A stretch of 64,000 nucleotides of DNA, from the IMG/VR virus record IMGVR_UViG_3300047472_000449; one strand, 5' to 3'. The notes under the pieces are model-generated. The model ran no database searches and was not told the DNA's origin. It was given only the letters and a program-made list of their open reading frames with translations. This stretch comes from a virus. Positions 1-8,438 of this stretch are shown here, piece after piece. The position numbers were made by a program, and so were the translations under genes. Numbering within the stretch: the first letter of the stretch is position 1; every line of letters starts with the position of its first letter.

Positions 1-147
1 TTCAGGAAACTTTCTGGCAAATACCTTTACCACTGAATTGGGCTTCACTTCTGGGTGTTTGCTTGTCTCCGCGTCGGCAGCGGCAAAAGACGTTGCTGAC
101 AGGGTTAACAATAACGCTGCCAGGGCGGCGCTGTTGAGCGTTCTCAT
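1..147 (-). CDS. secreted protein, N-terminal part (runs off window edge)
   Basis: ATG at 147 preceded by AGAGG; MRTLNSAALAALLLTLSATSFAAA is a signal-peptide pattern; no stop before position 1. Confidence 0.7.
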   Translation of the reverse strand, partial: MRTLNSAALAALLLTLSATSFAAADAETSKHPEVKPNSVVKVFARKFPE

Positions 148-263
148 GTTCAAAAGCCTCTCTATATTTTCATCAATAATATATTCAGCTTCTGGTCTCT
201 GGCAAGCTGTTGCATGACTTTTGCTCTTGATGCATTTAATCGAACAAATAATTGTCAAATGTA

Positions 264-292
264 TTGACATGACCGCGACGCCTCGCTATACT
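264..292 (+). promoter_or_regulatory. sigma70 promoter of peptide-RNA unit A
   Basis: TTGACA(264-269)-17 nt-TATACT(287-292). Confidence 0.85.
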
Positions 293-328
293 TACCCCAT
301 CGAAACGAGATTCTTGGAGAATTTCAGA

Positions 329-478
329 ATGTTCAACATCATGCTGATCGGCATGACACTCTGCGAGGCGCGTCCCGAAACGCGTAATCGAGAAACAGGT
401 GTTGTCATGACCGGCGCCATAACCGTCGGCGCCAAGGTGCGCTCACTGAGAGAGCGATTACTGCTCGGGGCGGCTTAG
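329..478 (+). CDS. 49-aa leader peptide, unit A
   Basis: GGAGA SD at 316-320; MFNIMLIGMT...VGAKVRSLRERLLLGAA aligns with the peptides at 1838 and 2145. Confidence 0.65.
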   Translation: MFNIMLIGMTLCEARPETRNRETGVVMTGAITVGAKVRSLRERLLLGAA

Positions 479-758
479 TTTTCGGGAACTGCCGCCCCGC
501 CCAAAACCCCAACCTCAGACTAATTATCATGGAACAGTTGCACTGGCTGTCGCTCGGAACGGTGGGATCATTTCGGATCACATTGGTGCCGGTTTACTCC
601 GCTGATAAGGCGGAAGGTAGCGCGATCAGAATGCCAGTGCGAACGGTATGCGTACCTTTCCGGGGAAGAACCGGATGCTTGGGCGGGTGGCGAGAGCGCC
701 GTCCGCCCCGATGATGTAAGCAAAAGCCCCCGCTCGGTAACCGACTGGGGGCTTTTGT
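466..758 (+). ncRNA. putative structured RNA, unit A
   Basis: long-range helix GCACTGGC(540-547)/GCCAGTGC(633-640), GGTA-TGCG-TACC hairpin, TCCGG-GGAAGAA-CCGGA hairpin; motifs shared with units B and C. Confidence 0.6.
721..758 (+). terminator. intrinsic terminator, unit A
   Basis: CAAAAGCCCCC...GGGGGCTTTTGTG; same architecture as 2418-2456. Confidence 0.85.
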
Positions 759-794
759 GATTTCCAACTCTTAGAAATGTGAAGGGATCTGCGA

Positions 795-1529
795 ATGATT
801 AAATGCGTGCGGGTAGCGTTGGTTTGCTTGGGTGCAGCCGTTATTTCAGGGTGTTATAGCGGTGGAATTAACACTGCATCAACCCAGGCAGGCGTTGATT
901 TCGAAAGACAGGAGGCGCAGCTCGCGAAGCAGCGTCAAGAGGCTGTGGCGGCTTATCGCTCAAAGTTCTCCTACTTGGCCTACAGCTACACCGTTCGACT
1001 GTACAAGACTGAGCTGAAGGCGGACGGCACGCGTGTGAAGAGCGGTCAGCCGATTAAGGAGTTTTCGGTGTCGGCCAATGGTGGTGAAATTGCGAGTTTC
1101 CATTTTGACGATTATAAGCCGACTGCTGACGACAAGCCGTTGGCCGATAATGAATTGCAGTACGTGGGTCAAAATAACCATGGCGCTCAGTATGATCTGA
1201 CGCCAGAGGCCCAGGTAAAACGCCCAGGCTCTATTGAGCTTAATGTTGATCCAAATTTGGCCTATGCCAGAGGGCGGGTGTATGTGTCGTTTAAAACTAA
1301 ACGTGTCGTAGGGGTGACCAAGGCAACGAATTTCCCCCAGCTTATGACTGGCAACTCTAATGTCACAGTGGGTAATGTCCTGCTTACTCTTCAGCCAAAA
1401 GACGGATCGGACTCACTTCGCGAAAGCAAAAAAGATTTTGTTGTCGATGCATTTTTTGTTGAGTTCGGCGTGACGGCGTTGGGTAAGCTCAAGCCTGAAG
1501 ATGTGCCGAGCGCCATTCCCAAGGGTTAA
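795..1529 (+). CDS. hypothetical lipoprotein
   Basis: 244 aa ORF; hydrophobic N-terminus ending in lipobox-like ISGC. Confidence 0.75.
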   Translation: MIKCVRVALVCLGAAVISGCYSGGINTASTQAGVDFERQEAQLAKQRQEAVAAYRSKFSYLAYSYTVRLYKTELKADGTRVKSGQPIKEFSVSANGGEIASFHFDDYKPTADDKPLADNELQYVGQNNHGAQYDLTPEAQVKRPGSIELNVDPNLAYARGRVYVSFKTKRVVGVTKATNFPQLMTGNSNVTVGNVLLTLQPKDGSDSLRESKKDFVVDAFFVEFGVTALGKLKPEDVPSAIPKG

Positions 1530-1533
1530 TGAG

Positions 1534-1752
1534 ATGATCACGGTTCTCGGTCTGCTGATGGTTGTACTGGCGTTCTGTCTGCTGTTGGCTTACCTCCAGA
1601 GCCACTTGTGGCATGGTATGCCAACCGCAATCGCCTGCGTTGCCTTCTTTGTAGTAAGTGTGATTGTGCTGGTGTACGGTCTGGAGCATGAAACCCGAGG
1701 CGGTCTTTACTACCAACAAGATCACCCGGCTGCACAGGTTGACAAGAAATAG
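1534..1752 (+). CDS. small membrane protein
   Basis: MITVLGLLMVVLAFCLLLAYL; two hydrophobic stretches; starts just after the upstream stop. Confidence 0.65.
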   Translation: MITVLGLLMVVLAFCLLLAYLQSHLWHGMPTAIACVAFFVVSVIVLVYGLEHETRGGLYYQQDHPAAQVDKK

Positions 1753-1772
1753 CAAAATATTTGTCATTACCA

Positions 1773-1801
1773 TTGACATCGATGTTTTGTCTGCCTATAA
1801 T
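1773..1801 (+). promoter_or_regulatory. sigma70 promoter of units B and C
   Basis: perfect TTGACA-17 nt-TATAAT. Confidence 0.9.
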
Positions 1802-1837
1802 AAGCCCATCAGAACGACATTCACGGAGATTCACAGA

Positions 1838-1957
1838 ATGTTCCAGATCCACACCTTCGGCGGCATCGCCGAGCATGCTGACGCGAGAGCGTCGTCCCTG
1901 ATCGGGCGACTGAGTTACGGGGTGGTGCGCCATCCCGCCAGAAAAACCGCAAAGTAG
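1838..1957 (+). CDS. 39-aa leader peptide, unit B
   Basis: CACGGAGA SD; MFQIHTFGGIAEHADARASSLIGRLSYGVVRHPARKTAK, homologous to peptide C. Confidence 0.65.
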   Translation: MFQIHTFGGIAEHADARASSLIGRLSYGVVRHPARKTAK

Positions 1958-2115
1958 CGGGGCTATACCTTCCGGCATAGAGGGAAGGCGCTCGGGCCGA
2001 CGAGAGAATATCGGTCTTGGTAAGCTGCCACTGATCGCACAGTGGAGCCATTAAGCGGCCAGAGTGCCACGGAGGACGGTTTGCGAGCCCAGTCGGGGAA
2101 GAGCCGATGTTTCAT
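1918..2115 (+). ncRNA. putative structured RNA, unit B
   Basis: hairpins CCTTCC/GGAAGG, CCGA/TCGG, CCACTG/CAGTGG, GTCGG-GGAAGAG-CCGAT; 26 nt identical to unit C (1989-2014 vs 2294-2319). Confidence 0.7.
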
Positions 2116-2144
2116 CCCCTAACGACATTCACGGAGAAGCCGAG

Positions 2145-2234
2145 ATGTTCAAGGTTCAGTTGTTCGGTATGACCGAACATGTAGACGCCAAGGCGTCGAA
2201 ATTCATCCAGCGACTGATGTGCGGGGCGGTCTAA
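2145..2234 (+). CDS. 29-aa leader peptide, unit C
   Basis: CACGGAGA SD; MFKVQLFGMTEHVDAKASKFIQRLMCGAV (below the ORF-track size cutoff). Confidence 0.65.
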   Translation: MFKVQLFGMTEHVDAKASKFIQRLMCGAV

Positions 2235-2456
2235 GCGCCGTCCCGCCAACAAGTCCACAGGGGTGGCGCTATTCTCCCGGCGTAGAGGGGGGACGCTCGG
2301 GCCGACGAGAGAATATCGGCTCTGGAAAGCTACCGCTGACGCTCAGCGGAACCATCAAGCGGCCAGGGTGCCACAGGAGACGGTTTGCGTACCTAGACTG
2401 AGGAAGTGTCAGTCAAACAAAAGCCCCGCACCGGACTCCGATGTGGGGCTTTTGTG
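2222..2456 (+). ncRNA. putative structured RNA, unit C
   Basis: tandem copy of unit B at a 308-nt period with compensatory changes (CCGCTG/CAGCGG; GACTGA-GGAAGTG-TCAGTC). Confidence 0.7.
2418..2456 (+). terminator. intrinsic (probably bidirectional) terminator
   Basis: CAAAAGCCCC...GGGGCTTTTGTG between convergent units. Confidence 0.85.
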
Positions 2457-2468
2457 TTTTCGTCATAT

Positions 2469-2864
2469 TCAATTCGTCACAGGCACGCCGGATGATCGTT
2501 TTTTCTTGAGCAGATCGCTTTGCAGGATGTCTTTTGACAACAAAATGGCCCAGACCATGATCAGTACCAGGGGCACACCGGCTGCAATCGGCAGAAGCGT
2601 TTTGATGAGCGCCACTACGCTTTCGTTTGGCGTGTATTCAAAGTACATCGCGGCGCCAATACTGATGACTGATAGCGACGGTATCAGCACCAGCAGCCAC
2701 ACTCCGAAAGTCAACAGCGATGCCCTCTTAGCGAATAGGTTCATCAATTGGTTTTCTGTGAATTCTTTGTTATTTACTGTCATATATGAATACTTGTTTT
2801 CGATTTGGCTAACTGCGCCAATTAAAGTGAAACAACCGGAGTAGCATAAATCAAGCCGATACAA
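2469..2864 (-). CDS. hypothetical membrane protein
   Basis: two transmembrane-like segments; true start may be the downstream MTVNNK. Confidence 0.65.
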   Translation of the reverse strand: MYRLDLCYSGCFTLIGAVSQIENKYSYMTVNNKEFTENQLMNLFAKRASLLTFGVWLLVLIPSLSVISIGAAMYFEYTPNESVVALIKTLLPIAAGVPLVLIMVWAILLSKDILQSDLLKKKRSSGVPVTN

Positions 2865-3190
2865 ATAAGACTGAGTGCTTCAATCAAACACAAAATACCC
2901 ATTTGAGTTAGTGCGATTGCCTTTGCAACGATATGAAAATCATCTGACATTAAGGTATTGGGAAAAATTAGCCCGCTGATACCTGTAAATAGGGCCACCC
3001 CTTGTATTATGAGCGACACCAAAAATATGTCACCTAGAAACATGTCCTCGAAAACGAGACGCCTGATCAGCATGAATCCTAATAGAAAGAAGGAGATTGC
3101 TACTACGGTTAGGGACATGCCTTTCAATAAAGTGCGCCGAAGTTCATTTGTCTCATCAAATTGACCATGATGGCTATCGGGATGTTTCAT
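2822..3190 (-). CDS. hypothetical membrane protein
   Basis: three hydrophobic segments; AT-richer DNA. Confidence 0.65.
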   Translation of the reverse strand: MKHPDSHHGQFDETNELRRTLLKGMSLTVVAISFFLLGFMLIRRLVFEDMFLGDIFLVSLIIQGVALFTGISGLIFPNTLMSDDFHIVAKAIALTQMGILCLIEALSLICIGLIYATPVVSL

Positions 3191-3231
3191 AATTTATGCC
3201 TAATGATTGTCTTTCGATTAATTTGTTTTTC

Positions 3232-3660
3232 TCAAATGATTGTTAGTCTATCGGCTTCTCTAATATCACCACATATATAACAAGCCCCCATAACTATCGG
3301 GAGTATCGCTACCGGCCATAGCCATGTGAAAGGAATCATGATGATGGCGAGAACTGTGACCCCGCATCCCATCAAATAAGAGGTTGTGCGAACTTTTTCT
3401 CGATCCTGAGCGTTTGGTGGTGTATTAATGGACGAAACCAAACCGACGAATCCCGCGACCCCTAATGCTCCAGGGACAAGGGTTATCATTACACCGATAA
3501 AGCTTAATTCATTGGGGATCATCGTTCCGAACAGCAGGATCGAGATAATCGACAGTGCCAAAAGAGGTGCTGCGCTGATGACAGTAATGATGGAAAAAAC
3601 TTTCCATAAGATACTGGTGGTTTGTGGAGTTTTTAAATCGGAAGAGGTTATTTCCTGCAT
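3232..3660 (-). CDS. hypothetical membrane protein
   Basis: four hydrophobic segments. Confidence 0.7.
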   Translation of the reverse strand: MQEITSSDLKTPQTTSILWKVFSIITVISAAPLLALSIISILLFGTMIPNELSFIGVMITLVPGALGVAGFVGLVSSINTPPNAQDREKVRTTSYLMGCGVTVLAIIMIPFTWLWPVAILPIVMGACYICGDIREADRLTII

Positions 3661-3726
3661 GTTTAATTACCCTGATGATTACCTTAAATCATACAGGACA
3701 ACAAACAAACTTTCATTTAAATTATA

Positions 3727-4386
3727 TTAACCGGCTACACGGATTGACAGGTTGTATCGTAGATTTCCGGTCAGCGGATGATTGCCGTCCTTGATCGGGG
3801 CAATACCATGATAACGCATGCGGTCTGGGCCTCCCCAGACCACCACGTCGCCGTGCAGCAGCGTAACCCGTTCCACTGGGTCGTCGCGGTGATTACCACC
3901 CAACAGGAACGTCGCAGGGAGCCCCAGTGAAACAGACACCACCGGCTGGAGAAACTCGCGCTCATCAGAGTCCTGGTGCAAACCAAGCTTCGCTTCTGGC
4001 GCGTAGCGATTAATGATGCAGCTATCTGGAGCAAAACCTTTAAACCCTGCTTTGGCTGCTGCCTCCACGGCCAGAGAGTAAAACAGGTCAGGCATTGAGG
4101 GCCACGGCTGCTGGTTTTTCGGATCGAGGGCGCCGTAGTGGTACTCTTCATGAAGCCCAGAAATCCAGCCCAGATCACCGCAATTGGTCATCGCCACCGA
4201 CATCTCAAAACCATTGGGCGTGACCATATGGCGAAACGCGGCTTGGGCCTCGACGCCTTTAATCAACTGGATCAACTGCTGTTCGTGTTTGCAGACAAAG
4301 CCACGAAAAATAAACGTCGCCTCACCGTATTGTTCAATGGTTTCAATCGGGGCCGAGCCGCCGAACAGATCGTCTGTGAACATCAT
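3727..4386 (-). CDS. alkB: alpha-ketoglutarate-dependent dioxygenase AlkB (alkylation repair)
   Basis: MSVAMTNCG, CIINRYAPEAKLGLHQDSDE (HxD), DVVVWGGPDRMRYHGI and RYNLSIR match the AlkB pattern. Confidence 0.93.
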   Translation of the reverse strand: MMFTDDLFGGSAPIETIEQYGEATFIFRGFVCKHEQQLIQLIKGVEAQAAFRHMVTPNGFEMSVAMTNCGDLGWISGLHEEYHYGALDPKNQQPWPSMPDLFYSLAVEAAAKAGFKGFAPDSCIINRYAPEAKLGLHQDSDEREFLQPVVSVSLGLPATFLLGGNHRDDPVERVTLLHGDVVVWGGPDRMRYHGIAPIKDGNHPLTGNLRYNLSIRVAG

Positions 4387-4829
4387 GCTTCAGCTGCCTT
4401 CCAGCCCAGGGGGCGGTACTGATTCAGGTGCTTGTCATGGAGGCTTACGATTTTCTTGAGGCGCTCCAGCAGGTCATCCGCAATAAGCCCTTTCTCAAGC
4501 CGTCCCAGGTAATCCACAAAACGAAGAAGTCCTTTCGGATTGAGCAGATCATGTTCTTCCAGATGGGAGGCTATAGCGCGTCCGAAGATCTCTGGGCTGG
4601 CCAAGTAGGCGCAGATGCCAAACACGATGATGTGTGGATGGTCTTGAAGCCGTGCAGGCCTGCGCAAAGGTCGGTTCAACGAGCTGCGATAAAGGTCACG
4701 CAGGGCAACCTTCATCTCTGCCTTGGTGGACTCAGGGATGTCCAGTCGAGCCAGATCCCACTCGTAATGCAATATCCAGTCACGAGCGCGACCTTGCCAG
4801 TATTCGTACCTGAAGAACTCGACGGTCAT
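4383..4829 (-). CDS. hypothetical protein
   Basis: 148 aa ORF coupled to alkB. Confidence 0.7.
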   Translation of the reverse strand: MTVEFFRYEYWQGRARDWILHYEWDLARLDIPESTKAEMKVALRDLYRSSLNRPLRRPARLQDHPHIIVFGICAYLASPEIFGRAIASHLEEHDLLNPKGLLRFVDYLGRLEKGLIADDLLERLKKIVSLHDKHLNQYRPLGWKAAEA

Positions 4830-4835
4830 GGCTCG

Positions 4836-5462
4836 TTACTCTGCCACTTGTTCCGCTGGCACGCCAGCGAAGGTGCCAGCGGGTTCTTGCGGTGCGGCCT
4901 CACACATCCGGGTTTCCACGTGGCTGTCATCTTCTTCAAAGAGGTAGCACGGGCGTGCTGTGATCGGGTGGAAGCAGTAGCCTTTGACCGTGTTGGTGCG
5001 CAGTGTGGACTTGAACGGCAAGGCGGTTTGTTTGACCACCTTGGAGCCGATGGCTGCGTACAGATGCGGGTTGGTGAAGACGCTGATCGACACTGGCTGG
5101 ATCTGCATGTCTTTCACAGCTTCTTTCTGGGCATCCATGGTAATCAGATGTTCCAGATTGTCGGTGCCGTGGTTGAGATCAATCGACTTCTCAGCGGCCT
5201 CGGAGTAGGTGTTGAACAGCTCGACCATGCGCTTGAGACGATCCTGAAGCAAATCACCACGGCGGCGCTCTTCAATGGCCAGCGCTTGCTGCTGGTGGTA
5301 GCCCTCTTCCAGCGCCAGCACGGTGTCGCAAAGCGCGGTGACGCCGCTGGTCAGTACCGGGTCAACTGCGGCTGCCTGTTGAATGCTTGGCAGCGACAGG
5401 CGCAGGTCTTTGAGCATTTTGCCGATCTTGTCAGCGCGGTTGGCTTTACTGGCTTTGCTCAT
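4836..5462 (-). CDS. hypothetical protein (coiled-coil N-terminal half)
   Basis: 208 aa ORF in the same operon. Confidence 0.7.
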   Translation of the reverse strand: MSKASKANRADKIGKMLKDLRLSLPSIQQAAAVDPVLTSGVTALCDTVLALEEGYHQQQALAIEERRRGDLLQDRLKRMVELFNTYSEAAEKSIDLNHGTDNLEHLITMDAQKEAVKDMQIQPVSISVFTNPHLYAAIGSKVVKQTALPFKSTLRTNTVKGYCFHPITARPCYLFEEDDSHVETRMCEAAPQEPAGTFAGVPAEQVAE

Positions 5463-5752
5463 TGCGAGTCTCCGTTTTTGGCTGCGCTTGCAGTCGGCGC
5501 TTTATATTCGATGTGCGGGAACGACCAGCCGTGGCTGGGGTTCTCGTTCCAGCCCACGGCCTTGTTGTTTTTCAGAACAACCCAGGAGTGGACGTTTTTT
5601 GCAGCGCCGGGCCAGCGCTGCTTGAAGCCTTCAAATTCCTGAACCACTTCCACGTCCGCCCATTTGCGGGAGTAGGTGCGGTCGTATTCACATCCCATGA
5701 ATTCAGGGGGCATTACGTCTCTGAGCGTTTTGATTTTTGGTGCGTCACTCAT
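5459..5752 (-). CDS. phage/plasmid-type hypothetical protein
   Basis: WPG..KNVHSWVVL.N..AVGWNENPSHGWSFP; first gene after promoter TTGACT(5804-5809)/TATAAT. Confidence 0.75.
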   Translation of the reverse strand: MSDAPKIKTLRDVMPPEFMGCEYDRTYSRKWADVEVVQEFEGFKQRWPGAAKNVHSWVVLKNNKAVGWNENPSHGWSFPHIEYKAPTASAAKNGDSQ

Positions 5753-5828
5753 TTTCGAACCCTGCCCGTTTTAGTTCTGTGATTATAACAAAATGACAGT
5801 AAAAGTCAACAGGAATGACTGCCTTGCC

Positions 5829-6518
5829 TCAGGCCACCTTACGGCTGGCGGCGGTCACGAATCGCTCGCTGTCAGGGAATACGTTGTAAAATTTGACTCG
5901 GTTTTCAGGGTTTCTAATTTCGGCGCCGATCAGCTCTTTGGGGTATTTTACGGATTGCTTGATGTCGTTTAATTTAATGCTTTCAGAATAAGTTGCTAGA
6001 AAATCGGTGATGCTTAAGTTGAATGAGCTGTCGCCATAATTGCCCAAGGCTTTTGAGTTCCAGCCCGAGACATCGGCATAGGGTACGTAGTCGATGATGA
6101 AGGCTCTGGAGGAATACTTGGGACAGATGACACATAAATAACCGTCGCAATTGCCTGATAAATCCTTGTGTTTTGAGCCGTTGATGGCGAAGTAGCGCTT
6201 GTTGTCTTCACAGTCGAACGTTTTGACATCCAGGGACAGGTTGCGCTGGGAGATCCTGAGGTCGGCGCCGAGCTTCCCTCCCCCGCCTTCCGGCCTGAAC
6301 ATGCCCTTGATCGTCTCGTTGCGTTCCTGTTGCGTCAATACGCCTCTGAGGTACTTCATGGCAAGGATCTCGGAGATACTGCCCATGAGATCGACGTGGA
6401 TATTCTTGTCGTTGCCCCTGTCGCGTTTTCCGTTTCGGATGGAATCGTTGCTTCGTCTTCGTGCTTCGCCCAACAATGCCGCAAAAGCCCAATCTGTCGT
6501 ACTAATGTCTATAAACAT
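5829..6518 (-). CDS. PD-(D/E)xK restriction-endonuclease-like protein
   Basis: E..A helix (ISEILAMKYL) followed by GADLRI...SLDVKT; AT-richer than neighbours. Confidence 0.55.
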   Translation of the reverse strand: MFIDISTTDWAFAALLGEARRRSNDSIRNGKRDRGNDKNIHVDLMGSISEILAMKYLRGVLTQQERNETIKGMFRPEGGGGKLGADLRISQRNLSLDVKTFDCEDNKRYFAINGSKHKDLSGNCDGYLCVICPKYSSRAFIIDYVPYADVSGWNSKALGNYGDSSFNLSITDFLATYSESIKLNDIKQSVKYPKELIGAEIRNPENRVKFYNVFPDSERFVTAASRKVA

Positions 6519-6632
6519 ACTCGCCTCGATAATTTCACATATAATATCAGCGAAATTATCGAGACTGCAATTTTGTCACTTCAAATAAAAAACCACCCCT
6601 CAGGGTGGTTTCTTGTTGGCTAGCATCGGGCC

Positions 6633-7082
6633 TTATTCGGCGTCTTTGAACGCTAGAATGTCCTGCTCCAGCAGATCCTCGCAGAGGTGCTTGGTAGCCA
6701 AGCGCAAGGCAGAAGCCTTCACGCTCATTGCGGTGGCAGCATTGTTGCTCTTGGTCTTTGGGGTGTAGAGCATGGAAGTGCTGATCGAGGAGCCGTTTTT
6801 CAGCTTGTAGGTGACTGTCACCTTTTCCTCGCTGTACTTCACTTCGGCATTCAGAGCGGCCAGAACCATCTGGGTGTCGGCGGTGTTTTTCCAGGGCGCG
6901 AATTCAACCGGGCATTGGCCGTGCATCCCTTCATACGACAAGAAGGCCTGAATGTGGTCTTCAGCGACCAAATTGTACGGTCGCTCCAGGCCGATCAGTT
7001 CCGCAACGACCTTCGTAACGGCATGCACCGTAGTGGTTTTCATGATAAAGACTGTGCTGTTCATTTTCTGCTCACAAACCAA
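6633..7082 (-). CDS. hypothetical protein
   Basis: 149 aa ORF followed by a hairpin terminator at about 6588-6615. Confidence 0.7.
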   Translation of the reverse strand: MVCEQKMNSTVFIMKTTTVHAVTKVVAELIGLERPYNLVAEDHIQAFLSYEGMHGQCPVEFAPWKNTADTQMVLAALNAEVKYSEEKVTVTYKLKNGSSISTSMLYTPKTKSNNAATAMSVKASALRLATKHLCEDLLEQDILAFKDAE

Positions 7083-7121
7083 TTTTTAAGGGGTGGGGCC
7101 AGCTTTCTGGCCCCGGCCTGA

Positions 7122-7505
7122 TCAGGCGTAATCTTCGGCGTCAAAGCCTTCCATCACGGCGTTGAAGCCATCGGCGTCGCCTTCGGAAAGCGTCCAGTTG
7201 GCGATCATGTCGGTGTTGTTGGATGGGATCAGCTTCACGCCGTGGGAGTTTTGTTCGGCGTCCATGAAGGTCACGTCCGAGTAACCGAGGTCGTGGATCA
7301 GCTCCATGGCGTCTTTGGCGGTGTGGGCGGGCCAGTCATCACCGTCGCAGCTCACCTGCTCGACCATCCAGCCACGCTCATTCAGGTAATCGAGCAGGTT
7401 GGCGGAGATTCGGCGTTGCAGCACCATGCTTGGGGACAGCTTACGGCCTTTGTCGATGTCCAGGGTTGGAACAACTACGGATTGGGTTGCGCTCATGTCT
7501 GTCAT
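7122..7505 (-). CDS. hypothetical acidic protein
   Basis: 127 aa ORF with SD AAGGA; promoter TTGCCA-17-TATACT upstream. Confidence 0.75.
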   Translation of the reverse strand: MTDMSATQSVVVPTLDIDKGRKLSPSMVLQRRISANLLDYLNERGWMVEQVSCDGDDWPAHTAKDAMELIHDLGYSDVTFMDAEQNSHGVKLIPSNNTDMIANWTLSEGDADGFNAVMEGFDAEDYA

Positions 7506-7641
7506 CCTTTGCTTGATGTCTGTTTGATGTGGCCAGTATACCCATCAATTGTCAGTATGGCAAACATTATTTTGTTAATTTATCAAAACACTTCATCCTC
7601 AGGACGAGGCGCCTGAAGGTCGTGAACTTATGTAAATGGCA

Positions 7642-7860
7642 TTGACAAAAACACCCAGAATCGGTATATTTAAGTCATCGTGAAAACTGTTCTTTTCGCA
7701 CCGGTATTCTCCGGCGCATCTCACTGCTTCATTTCATTATTGGCCTTTGCAAAGCGAGCGTTAATGCTTTCGGCGCTTTCTGACTCAAAAAGCCCTCGCA
7801 CAAACGGGCTTATGGGCTTATTTGATCGGTAGCGCGCAAGCACCCTGGACACAAAATCAT
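7642..7860 (+). ncRNA. promoter-driven gene-free transcript or orphan leader
   Basis: TTGACA(7642-7647)-17-TATATT faces a hairpin-rich stretch with no SD-led ORF; the next gene is convergent. Confidence 0.35.
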
Positions 7861-7916
7861 CTTTGCGTCCAAGGCCTATGAATTTCAAAAATCTGCCCAT
7901 CCAATCCTTCCAGTCG

Positions 7917-8426
7917 TTAACGCGGAAGCTGTTCGATCAAGTAATCCATCAGGTCGATCTCGTGCATCCTTTCAACCCAGGCGCCAAAGTTCTCATTGAG
8001 GTAATTGAGAAATGGTTTATAGCTCTGTTGCCAAAACTCCACCAGCACGTATTGCTGCGAATCACATTGCAAGAACGCGCCAGCTTTGACCCGCAACTGG
8101 TAGTCCAGATCGGTCGTCAGGTTGGCAGTCACACTTTTGCGAACAAAGGCGCGTACCACCGGGTCTGGATCGCGCAGCTCCAGTGCTGTCATGCCGTGGC
8201 CTGACGTGGACATCCGAAAGGCGACCGGGGTCAGGGACTCCAGGTCATCGCCATAACCTACATGACCGTAGCGCTGATAGACCCATTGGCCGTCTTTTTC
8301 CGTCAGGCGAACGACACCGAATTCCTTATGGATGGCGTGCTCGCCCTCTTTGACCGGAATAAGACCATCATTGAGATCGCTGGGTTTTACAGTAAAACCA
8401 GCAATGCCTTTGACCAATACGCCCAT
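7917..8426 (-). CDS. hypothetical protein
   Basis: 169 aa ORF, last gene of the minus-strand operon. Confidence 0.7.
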   Translation of the reverse strand: MGVLVKGIAGFTVKPSDLNDGLIPVKEGEHAIHKEFGVVRLTEKDGQWVYQRYGHVGYGDDLESLTPVAFRMSTSGHGMTALELRDPDPVVRAFVRKSVTANLTTDLDYQLRVKAGAFLQCDSQQYVLVEFWQQSYKPFLNYLNENFGAWVERMHEIDLMDYLIEQLPR

Positions 8427-8438
8427 GAGAAAATGTCC

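Noticed and set aside
1940-2110. Resemblance to c-di-GMP-I (CGCAAAG, GTAGCGGGG), cobalamin (GCCACTG, GGGAAG) or ZTP riboswitches
   Set aside because: The fragments are out of order, are not shared by all three units, and lack the other required elements; no regulated gene follows unit C.
1813-2456. 308-bp tandem duplication as a CRISPR array or retron msr-msd
   Set aside because: There are no short identical repeats with unique spacers, and no cas or reverse-transcriptase gene in the window.
4428-5642. Long antisense ORFs (also 14159-14992, 16812-17633, 25288-26100, 42780-43553, 50748-51353)
   Set aside because: They are shadows of better-supported genes on the opposite strand, with no SD or recognisable motifs.
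7631-7647. Promoter palindrome as a TyrR/PhhR box
   Set aside because: That box is TGTAAA-N6-TTTACA; all sites here have N5 and mostly GTCA, and the targets are not aromatic-amino-acid genes.
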